From NCBI GenBank assembly GCA_902489295.1, contig CABTZM010000001.1:1-32523 (forward strand): a stretch of 32,523 nucleotides of DNA, read 5' to 3'. Positions within the stretch are counted from its first letter, which is position 1. Each line of letters starts with the position of its first letter. The position numbers and the translations under genes were made by a program. The notes beneath the pieces are model-generated. The model saw only the letters and a list, made by a program, of their open reading frames with translations. It did not search any database and was not told the origin of the DNA. Below are positions 25,513 through 32,523 of the stretch, piece by piece. Source of the stretch: an uncultured Collinsella sp. GTDB taxonomy: Bacteria > Actinomycetota > Coriobacteriia > Coriobacteriales > Coriobacteriaceae.

Positions 25513-25564
25513 ACGTTTGCCCAGATAACACCTGCCAAAATAAACCTGTCCCTTTTTGGTAGGT
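25509..25564. repeat. Third copy of the ACCTGCC palindrome plus flanking spacer
   Basis: 52/56 identical to the reverse complement of 6124-6179; the palindrome proper is 25530-25564. Confidence 0.88.
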
Positions 25565-26376
25565 TAGTGGCGGTACTCGGCGATGATGAAGTCGATGTCG
25601 GTCTGAAGGGTGTCCAGATTTGCCAGGCGCTCTTTGTCGGCAGGGCGCGTGCGGTAGTAGTACGGCGTCATCTGGAACACCGCCTCGATGTCGGCCTGCG
25701 TCTGGAGCGTAATGTTCGCAGACACCCGCTGCGTCCCGACCAACTCGAGCTCGGTAGTCTTCGGCAGTTTCTCGTCGTTGAGATATGGCGTGTCGTAGAG
25801 CACCTCCTTGAGCCCAAACAGATGCCGAGCACCCGGCACCACGGTATAGAGCGAGCCCTCTGGCGCCAGCACGCGGGCAAACTCACGCTCGTTAAAGGGA
25901 GCGAAGAGCTCGGTCACCATATCGAAGGCGCCATCGGCCACGGGGATGTCCTTCATATTGGCCACAAAGTAGGTCGCATCGCCGCGCTTGGCGGCCAGGC
26001 GCACCATCTCTTTGCCCAAGTCGAACCCGTAAGCGTCCACGCCCGGCACCGCACCCATGGCGCTGGTGTAGTAGCCCTCGCCGCAGCAAATATCGAGCAA
26101 GGTCATGGGGGTGCCCGTAGACACCGCACGCCCAGACACCCGCTCGCGTACCAGCTCAACCATCGCATCGCGCAACGGCGCATAGTATCCGCGGTTCAGA
26201 AAGTCACGACGGCTGCGCGCCTGCGACTTGGGATCGCCCATGGAGTCGCCGCTCTTGGACGAGCGCAGCAGATACAGATAGCCCTCGCGCGCACGGTCAA
26301 ACCGGTGTCCGCCCGCACATGCAGCACCGCGCTCGTCGCCCACCAACGGCTCATGGCAAACGGGACACAACAACAT
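25564..26376 (-). CDS. 23S rRNA m1G methyltransferase, RlmA-like
   Basis: CPVC-x12-C-x3-H zinc site, FDRAREGY, RRDFL..GYY, LDICCGEGYY, HLFGLK and MTPY. Confidence 0.88.
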   Translation of the reverse strand: MLLCPVCHEPLVGDERGAACAGGHRFDRAREGYLYLLRSSKSGDSMGDPKSQARSRRDFLNRGYYAPLRDAMVELVRERVSGRAVSTGTPMTLLDICCGEGYYTSAMGAVPGVDAYGFDLGKEMVRLAAKRGDATYFVANMKDIPVADGAFDMVTELFAPFNEREFARVLAPEGSLYTVVPGARHLFGLKEVLYDTPYLNDEKLPKTTELELVGTQRVSANITLQTQADIEAVFQMTPYYYRTRPADKERLANLDTLQTDIDFIIAEYRH

Positions 26377-26432
26377 GGCAACTCCTTAGCGCGAACAACA
26401 CAACGCCCACCATTGTCGCACGCCTTCCCCAC

Positions 26433-26463
26433 CTAGTCATTGGGGACGTTCTTAAATGACTAG
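26433..26463. repeat. 31-bp palindrome with GGGGAC core
   Basis: CTAGTCATT-GGGGACGTTCTTA-AATGACTAG; same 13-nt loop geometry as the other palindromes. Confidence 0.65.
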
Positions 26464-26539
26464 TCGATTAGGAGTATCATCGTCTGCGCGAATAAGCACG
26501 AAAGAGCATACGAAAGAGCATATTAGAGATTGAGAGCGT

Positions 26540-27922
26540 ATGGCAGACACCGCATCTAAGCACATCGACATGACCACCGGCTCGCTGTGGCGCAATATTC
26601 CCCTGTTCGCCTTCCCCGTGGCCGCCACGAGCATCTTGGAGCAGCTGTCGAACCTCATCGCCACGGTCATCATCGGTAATTTCTCGGGCGACCAGGGAAC
26701 CCTCGCCATGGCGGCGGTCGGCTCCAATGTTCCGCTTACCAGTCTTATGCTCAACCTGTTTATTGGCATGTCGCTTGGCTCCAACGTGGTCATTGCCAAC
26801 GCTATCGGCCGCAACGATCAGAACATGGTCAAACGAGCCGTCCATACCTCGATTCTTATGGCACTCGTGGGCTTTGTCGTCATCGCGCTGGGCGAGATCT
26901 TTGCCGAGCCCATGCTCGCCGCGCTCAACGTTCCCGCCGAAACCATGCCGCTCGCATCGCTCTACCTGCGCGTCTTTTTGCTCAGCATGCCCTCGATCTT
27001 GCTCTACAACTTTGAGGCCGCAATCTTCCGTTCCGTCGGCATCACCCGTATGCCGCTACAGGCGCTTGCCGTGTCCACCGTCCTCAACATTGGCCTGGAC
27101 CTCATCTTTGTCCCCGTGCTCCACTGGGGCGTCGCGGGCGTCGCCATCGCCACCGCCATCGCCTACACCGTCAGTGCCGGGACGCTCTTTGTCCGCCTGC
27201 TCAAGACCGACTCCGCCGTCCGCGTCACCCCGCGCGACCTGGCTATCGACCCCGTCGCCCTCAAGCGCATCGTCAAGATCGGACTGCCCGCCGGCATCCA
27301 AAGCGCCGTCTTTGCCGTCGCCAACATCATCATCCAGTCCGCCATCAACAGCTTGGGTACCGAGGTCATGGCGGCATCCAGCGCCGCGATGAGCCTGGAG
27401 TATGTGTGCTACAACCTACTCAACAGCTTTAGCCAAGCTTGCACCACCTTTGTGGGGCAAAACCACGGCGCGCGCCAGATCGGGCGCTGCACTAAGACGC
27501 TCAAGGTCTGCCTGGTCGAAGGCGGCATCGTCGCGCTCACCACCATCGTCATCATCGTCGGTCTGGGGCGCGAGATCCTGGCGCTCTTTAACAGCGATCC
27601 CAACATCGTCTCGATCGGCTATATCCGCGTGTGCTCGATCTTTCCGGCATACGCCTTTAGCATGTTCTACGAAAACATGTCCGGTTACCTGCGCGGCTTT
27701 GGCATCTCGCTCATGCCCGCCCTTATCACCATGATCTGCGTCTGCGGCATCCGCTTCTATTGGGTATTCTGCGTGTTCCCGCACTTCCGCACCTTTGCGA
27801 ACATCATGATGGTCTACCCCATCAGCCTGGGCACCACAGCATTCTTTATGGTCGTGGCGGTGCTACTTTGCCACCCGGCACGCACCTACCGTCTAGCACA
27901 AGCCAAAGCGACAGCCCGCTAA
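26540..27922 (+). CDS. MATE family efflux transporter
   Basis: DMTTG, LAMAAVG, LNIGLD..F....GVAGVAIAT, GLPAGIQ and FVGQNHGA; about 12 TM. Confidence 0.92.
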   Translation: MADTASKHIDMTTGSLWRNIPLFAFPVAATSILEQLSNLIATVIIGNFSGDQGTLAMAAVGSNVPLTSLMLNLFIGMSLGSNVVIANAIGRNDQNMVKRAVHTSILMALVGFVVIALGEIFAEPMLAALNVPAETMPLASLYLRVFLLSMPSILLYNFEAAIFRSVGITRMPLQALAVSTVLNIGLDLIFVPVLHWGVAGVAIATAIAYTVSAGTLFVRLLKTDSAVRVTPRDLAIDPVALKRIVKIGLPAGIQSAVFAVANIIIQSAINSLGTEVMAASSAAMSLEYVCYNLLNSFSQACTTFVGQNHGARQIGRCTKTLKVCLVEGGIVALTTIVIIVGLGREILALFNSDPNIVSIGYIRVCSIFPAYAFSMFYENMSGYLRGFGISLMPALITMICVCGIRFYWVFCVFPHFRTFANIMMVYPISLGTTAFFMVVAVLLCHPARTYRLAQAKATAR

Positions 27923-27949
27923 TCACCACGCTCAACGTCACGCCAGTCA

Positions 27950-28816
27950 TTAATTGACAATATGCGAGCTCATATAGTCGATAAAGTGCCTCGTGGCGAC
28001 AGGCATGGTGTCCCAGCTGCGCCAGGCTGCCACCACGTCGCGCGAGGGGGCGTGCACGATGGGACGCACGCGAATATCGGCCTGCATGCCCTCGACGGTA
28101 CGGCGGTAGAGCATGCTCACGCCTAGGCCCTCCTCCACCATCGCCATAATGGTGTAGTCGTCGGTCACCTCGCTCGTCACGTGCGGCGACAGGCCGTGCG
28201 CCGCGAATGCATCGAGCACCAGGCTCTGTTCGCCCTCATCCAGCAGCACAAACGGCTCGGACGCCAGATCGGCGAGCGTTACCTTTTCCTTTGCCGCCAG
28301 CGGATGCGCGGCCGGCAGCAGTGCCACCAACTCGTCGTGATAGACCACGCGCTTCTCGAGCCCGGCGGTAAATCCGCGCGCCGTAAAGCAAAAGTCAACC
28401 ACGCCATCGTGCACCCACTGGGCGTTGCGCGTGTAATCGCCCTGCTTGAGGGTAAAGTGCACGCCCGGATGCAGAGCCCCAAAGTCGCGAATCACGCGCG
28501 GCAATACGGTGCGGCTCACGTTAGTAAACGTCGCGATTCGAATATCAGTCGAGGAGAGTCCCAGCAACTCCTGACGCTTGCCCTCAAGCTCGGCCTCGGC
28601 AGTTACAATCTGGCGCAGATACGGCAGGTACTGCTTGCCGTCGCGCGTAAGCGAAACGCCCTGCTTGCCGCGCTCGATAAGCGTGGTGCCCAGCTCGCGC
28701 TCGAGCGCCTTGACGGCCTGGCTCACCGCACTTTGCGTATAGCCTAGCTCGTCGGCCGCGCCCTTAAGACTGCCGCAATCGACCACCATACATACAATCT
28801 GATATCGCGATGCCAT
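27950..28816 (-). CDS. LysR family transcriptional regulator
   Basis: GSLKGAADELGYTQSAVSQAVKALERELG HTH plus substrate-binding domain; divergent from the EamA gene. Confidence 0.9.
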   Translation of the reverse strand: MASRYQIVCMVVDCGSLKGAADELGYTQSAVSQAVKALERELGTTLIERGKQGVSLTRDGKQYLPYLRQIVTAEAELEGKRQELLGLSSTDIRIATFTNVSRTVLPRVIRDFGALHPGVHFTLKQGDYTRNAQWVHDGVVDFCFTARGFTAGLEKRVVYHDELVALLPAAHPLAAKEKVTLADLASEPFVLLDEGEQSLVLDAFAAHGLSPHVTSEVTDDYTIMAMVEEGLGVSMLYRRTVEGMQADIRVRPIVHAPSRDVVAAWRSWDTMPVATRHFIDYMSSHIVN

Positions 28817-28974
28817 CGTGCCTCCACATCGATGTAGCCGTAAAACGTTTTGCCAGCGCTTTTTCTAGCAACATTAGTATTTCTTAATCATACTGAAGAT
28901 ACATTCGCTTTACTACATCCACATCTGGGAGCAGAATCCTTTTTGCGAAACCGTTCTGTAACAAAAGGAGTCCC

Positions 28975-29877
28975 ATGGATCGCAAAAAAGCAATCGCGCT
29001 CTCATTTTCCGTTCCCGTCGCATGGGGCTTTTCGTACCCCCTCATGAAGATCGGCATGGACAGCATGAACGCCACGAGCATCGTTGCGCTGCGCTGCATC
29101 ATCGCCTTTGTGGCCTGCCTGCTGCTCTTCCACAAGCGCGCTTTCCGCATCAATCGCGACCTTATGGTTCGCGCCGCCATCATCGGCGCCATCATGGCAA
29201 CCGAGCTCACCTGCATGTGCTTGGGCTCCAGCCTTACTTCCGCCTCCACCGCCGGCTTTTTGCAGAGCCTGACGGTCGTGATCGTGCCGTTTGCCAACGC
29301 CGCCCTGCTGCGTCGCGCCCCCGAGCGCAAGTTGCTCGTCGGCACCGCCATCGTCACCTGCGGTATGCTGCTGCTCTCGGGCGCCGACTTTACCAGCCTG
29401 AATCCCGGCGCGATCATCATGTTGCTCTCAGCCTTTATCTATGCCAGCCACATTATCGTAGCCAAGCGCTTTGTCGAAGAAGTCGACCCACTGGCCTTGG
29501 GTGTTTGGCAGCTGGGCTTTGGCGGCCTGTTCTCGGGCATCGCCGCATTTGCCTTTGGCGGCTTTACGCTTCCCAGCACGCCGAGCGAGGTCGCGGTCGT
29601 CGTCGCGCTCGCACTCATCTGCTCTGCCTACGGCTTTATCACCCAGACGCTCGTGCAGCCCCACGTGCCCGCCGAGACCACCGGCTTTGCCTTCTCGCTC
29701 GAGCCGGTCTGCTCCGCCGTCTTCTCGTTCTTCCTGGTCGGCGAGGTCCTGAGCCCCATCGCCTTCTTTGGCGCCGCCCTCATCCTCACCGGCGTGATGG
29801 TGGCAACCGTCGAGCTCCCGTGCCTTCGCTCGCAAGGACACGCTCACATGGCAGGAGCGCCCGAGCGCGTCTCGTAG
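28975..29877 (+). CDS. DMT/EamA family transporter
   Basis: WGFSY, ALRCIIA, TSASTAGFL and SLEPV..GE repeats; about 10 TM; AAGGAG RBS. Confidence 0.9.
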   Translation: MDRKKAIALSFSVPVAWGFSYPLMKIGMDSMNATSIVALRCIIAFVACLLLFHKRAFRINRDLMVRAAIIGAIMATELTCMCLGSSLTSASTAGFLQSLTVVIVPFANAALLRRAPERKLLVGTAIVTCGMLLLSGADFTSLNPGAIIMLLSAFIYASHIIVAKRFVEEVDPLALGVWQLGFGGLFSGIAAFAFGGFTLPSTPSEVAVVVALALICSAYGFITQTLVQPHVPAETTGFAFSLEPVCSAVFSFFLVGEVLSPIAFFGAALILTGVMVATVELPCLRSQGHAHMAGAPERVS

Positions 29878-29965
29878 ACCCCACTCTTCATGCAGCCGCG
29901 GCATAAAGGCAACCGGTGCGCCTTTACAATAGATGCCAACAGAGCATCTGCCATAAAGGAGCCCC

Positions 29966-30691
29966 ATGGACACCGCAACTCGCGACCGCAACATAACAAC
30001 TTGGTTGGGCGATGCGCCGCAGCCGGTACGTGACACGACGAACCAGCTGCTCGAGCGCATCGCCCTTTTGCGTGCCGAGCAGACTATCTACCCAGCACAA
30101 GACGACATCCTCAATGCCCTCGCCTATACGCCGGCCAACCAAGTCAAGGTTGTCATTTTGGGTCAAGATCCCTATCACGAACCCAACCAGGCCATGGGGT
30201 TATCGTTCTCGGTCCCCGCGACGCAAACCAAGTTGCCGCCGAGTCTGCGCAACATCTATAAGGAACTCAAAGCCGATCTGGACTGCCCCATTCCCGCCAC
30301 GGGAGACCTAACCCCATGGGCACAACAGGGCGTCCTGCTCCTTAACACCACGCTCACCGTGCGCGAGCATGCCGCGAATTCGCACGCCAAGCTGGGCTGG
30401 AGCACACTCACCGACTACGTTATCGAACGCTGCTGCCAGCTGCCCCAGCCGGTCGTCTTTTTGGCATGGGGACGCTTTGCCCAGCAAATGGTTGAGGGCA
30501 AGCTCGACGCGATCGGCGCGGGCAAGGCAACCGGCAAGTTCTGCCTGGCCTCTACGCACCCCTCGCCGCTTTCGGCCAACCGTGCCACGGCAGAACTCCC
30601 CGCCTTTATAGGGTCGCGCCCCTTCTCCGCTGCCAATCGGCTACTCGAACAGCACGGCTCGACCCCCGTCAACTGGACTTGCCTCGGCTAA
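29966..30691 (+). CDS. ung: Uracil-DNA glycosylase (family 1)
   Basis: KVVILGQDPYH, GLSFSV, PPSLRNIYKEL, GVLLLN and HPSPLSA. Confidence 0.95.
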   Translation: MDTATRDRNITTWLGDAPQPVRDTTNQLLERIALLRAEQTIYPAQDDILNALAYTPANQVKVVILGQDPYHEPNQAMGLSFSVPATQTKLPPSLRNIYKELKADLDCPIPATGDLTPWAQQGVLLLNTTLTVREHAANSHAKLGWSTLTDYVIERCCQLPQPVVFLAWGRFAQQMVEGKLDAIGAGKATGKFCLASTHPSPLSANRATAELPAFIGSRPFSAANRLLEQHGSTPVNWTCLG

Positions 30692-30704
30692 AAACCGATA
30701 CATC

Positions 30705-30740
30705 AAAAACGCGCCCGACGGCTTTCCATCGGGCGCGTTT
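30705..30740. terminator. Bidirectional terminator between ung and the SDR gene
   Basis: AAAAACGCGCCCGA...TCGGGCGCGTTT. Confidence 0.75.
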
Positions 30741-30741
30741 C

Positions 30742-31422
30742 CTATTCGGGCCAAATAAATTGTGTGCGGCCGGCCTCGCCGCCATCGATCAGCAGGCTCT
30801 GCCCGGTCATAAACCGGTTGGTCACGCCCACAAAGTAGATCCACTCGGCGATCTCTTGGGCGGTGGCCCAGCGTTTAAGCGGTGTGAGCTCCATAATCTG
30901 GTTCCACAGGCGTTCGTCTTCCATCACGCAACGGTTGAGCGGCGTGATAACGCCGCCCGGGTCCACACTATTGGCAATGGCCTGCGGTGCCAGGCGGTTT
31001 GCAAGGTTCTTGGTATAGGCGATAACGCCGCCCTTGCTGGCGGCATAGGCGGGAAACTCCGATCCCGTATGTCCGCTCGCGGACCCCACATTGACCACGG
31101 ATTTGATAGCCGGCGCCGGCTTGGCGGCAAGCCCCTCCCCCACAAAGGCGTAGCGCTCAGTCACGTTGATGGTGCCACGCAGGTTGGCGGCAATGTCGTC
31201 GGCCGAATCCTGCGTACCGGCAACGTTCACGATTACCTGGGGTTCAAGGTCAACTGGAAACGAGTCAGGCTCGCGGACATCAACGATCAAATGGCGGTAG
31301 CGCTCGTGCTCGACCGCCGCCGGTAGCAGATCAAAACCCACCACCTCGTGGCCCTCATCCAAAAATCGCTGCACGCACGCGGCTCCGATACCGCCCGAAG
31401 CGCCCGTGATCAAAACCCGCAT
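30742..31422 (-). CDS. Short-chain dehydrogenase/reductase (SDR)
   Basis: TGASGGIG Rossmann motif, NVAG, catalytic S and YAASK, TGQSLLIDGG. Confidence 0.92.
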   Translation of the reverse strand: MRVLITGASGGIGAACVQRFLDEGHEVVGFDLLPAAVEHERYRHLIVDVREPDSFPVDLEPQVIVNVAGTQDSADDIAANLRGTINVTERYAFVGEGLAAKPAPAIKSVVNVGSASGHTGSEFPAYAASKGGVIAYTKNLANRLAPQAIANSVDPGGVITPLNRCVMEDERLWNQIMELTPLKRWATAQEIAEWIYFVGVTNRFMTGQSLLIDGGEAGRTQFIWPE

Positions 31423-31431
31423 ACTTGCTCC

Positions 31432-32154
31432 TTAGGCGGTTGCGTGACGCTCAAGATACTCGGCGCCCACGTTCTCGCGCTCCCAGCTGCGCACGACCTT
31501 GTAGCCTACGGGGCTCAGGAAGACCTCGCACAGCAGCTCGGCGACAGCGCCGGTCAGCGAGCACATAAACACCTGCACCCAGGTCCAACCAAAGAACGTA
31601 TGGCTCACCACAATGGCGAAGACCAGGTTGTCGATAAACTGGCCAATGCCCGTGGATACATAGGAACGGAAGGCAAAGCTCGCAAAGTTATTCTTTTTGA
31701 GCATGCGGCCGAGCGACTGGTTGAGCGTGGAGTTGACCACGGCAGAGGTAAGCATGGCCAGCGACGAGCCAAACACCACGTACCAGGTGCCGCCGATCGT
31801 GGCGTTGAGGGCGGTGTTGACCTCGATCATGCCCGTGTCGTAGTAGGCGCCCCACATGCCGGGCGTGAGCGAGCACAGCCAAAAGCACAGGCTCACGGCC
31901 AGGTTGACCAGCAGCGCGAGGATAGAGATTTTGATGGATGCCTTGGCGCCAAAGCGCTTGCAGATCATGTCCTGGCACAAAAACGAGACCCAGCTCACCA
32001 CAAAGCCGCAATCGAGTGCCAGATACGGCAGGCTGATGAGCTCTTTGTTGGCCAGTAGGTTCATCATGATGACGCTCACGAAAAACAGCGAAACCGTTGC
32101 CGCGGGAATGCTCCGCAACAGGACTTTGTAGTCCTCCATGACCTTCTTGATCAT
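31432..32154 (-). CDS. VUT family transporter (YhhQ-like queuosine-precursor uptake family)
   Basis: NLLANKE, SFLCQDMICKRFG and RSYVSTGIGQFIDNLVF pattern; multi-TM; AAAGGAG RBS. Confidence 0.82.
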   Translation of the reverse strand: MIKKVMEDYKVLLRSIPAATVSLFFVSVIMMNLLANKELISLPYLALDCGFVVSWVSFLCQDMICKRFGAKASIKISILALLVNLAVSLCFWLCSLTPGMWGAYYDTGMIEVNTALNATIGGTWYVVFGSSLAMLTSAVVNSTLNQSLGRMLKKNNFASFAFRSYVSTGIGQFIDNLVFAIVVSHTFFGWTWVQVFMCSLTGAVAELLCEVFLSPVGYKVVRSWERENVGAEYLERHATA

Positions 32155-32160
32155 TATGTA

Positions 32161-32210
32161 CTCCTTTGGTTTTGGGTTTAACGAGCAGGATATCGGACCC
32201 GAACTGCTCG
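32161..32210 (-). promoter_or_regulatory. Candidate preQ1-I-like riboswitch (variant)
   Basis: CGAGCAG-UUCGGGUCCGAUAUC-CUGCUCG-UUAAACCCAAAACCAAAGGAG: hairpin, A-rich tail and possible loop-tail pseudoknot abutting the SD of a VUT gene. Confidence 0.55.
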
Positions 32211-32239
32211 GTCGCCCCGGTCTTGAGGCGACGGTGGGT

Positions 32240-32268
32240 ATGATAGCCGCTCCGCCGGCGGCAGGCAA
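32240..32268 (-). promoter_or_regulatory. Putative sigma70 promoter of the VUT-SDR operon
   Basis: Minus strand TTGCCT-17 nt-TATCAT. Confidence 0.7.
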
Positions 32269-32270
32269 GC

Positions 32271-32304
32271 AAAGGGCGCGGCAGCCCCGCAAGGCCGCCG
32301 CGCC
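32271..32304 (-). terminator. Intrinsic terminator of prfC
   Basis: Minus strand GGCGCGGCGGCC...GGCTGCCGCGCC-CTTT just after the stop codon. Confidence 0.7.
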
Positions 32305-32310
32305 GATGCG

Positions 32311-32523
32311 TTAAAACGTTACGTTGCCAAACTCCGACAGGATCAAGTCGGGGTTGTGGTCGGTTGCCCAATCCACGTTCCACGGGCTCGTGAACAGCAG
32401 CAGCTTGCCGCCGCGCATGTCCTCCACACGCAGAGTATCGCGCGTGAGCGAAAGGCCCGGGATGTCGATGGTATCGGGGTCGTTCTGGATCCAGCGGATG
32501 TCGGTGTAGGGCAGCGGCTGGCG
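32311..32523 (-). CDS. prfC: C-terminus of peptide chain release factor 3 (partial)
   Basis: Open frame LPYTDIRWIQND...VEDMRGGKLLLFTSPWNVDWATDHNPDLILSEF* resembles the RF3 C-terminal domain; only 70 aa visible. Confidence 0.7.
   Translation of the reverse strand, partial: RQPLPYTDIRWIQNDPDTIDIPGLSLTRDTLRVEDMRGGKLLLFTSPWNVDWATDHNPDLILSEFGNVTF

Noticed and set aside
6124..25564. Palindromic 35-bp repeats as a CRISPR array
   Set aside because: Copies are dispersed or inverted, not a direct repeat-spacer array, and there are no cas genes.
28873..28888. ATTA-N8-TAAT LysR-type site between the divergent LysR and EamA genes
   Set aside because: Plausible but an ordinary arrangement and too degenerate to call precisely.
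1..32523. Autonomous mobile element, prophage, tRNA or rRNA
   Set aside because: No transposase, integrase, relaxase, phage structural gene or cloverleaf/rRNA signature was recognised.

Overview
GC-rich bacterial chromosome segment. Gene content and style suggest a gut Coriobacteriia member (Collinsella-like); this is an inference. It holds about 33 CDS, mostly housekeeping or accessory metabolic genes. These include the end of a sortase-anchored protein, an esterase, an NCS2 uracil permease, a MetE-like methionine synthase with a streptococcal-type MetR/MtaR LysR and matching box, and a Cof HAD. Next come a TPP-riboswitch thiM-ykoF-like-thiE operon, a patatin, two tandem GGDEF/PAS(/EAL) paralogs, Isf-ArsC-CobW-trmL, a class II UvrA with an AAA ATPase, and a Tet-like GTPase. 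The rest are a GNAT, RsmJ-like and RlmA-like methyltransferases, MATE, a LysR/EamA pair, ung, VUT transporter plus SDR, and the 3' end of prfC. No transposase, integrase, CRISPR array, tRNA or rRNA is visible. The most interesting signals are non-coding. (1) A family of 31-35 bp palindromes has unrelated stems but a shared 13-nt RGGGAC core; two copies bracket the uvrA2-AAA module as direct repeats and supply the stop codons of both flanking genes. (2) A preQ1-I-like leader precedes a VUT transporter co-transcribed with an SDR. (3) A ~195-nt promoter-to-terminator unit has 6S-like motifs. (4) A helically phased triple repeat lies upstream of the AAA ATPase. (5) A 47-aa membrane sORF is missing from the ORF track.
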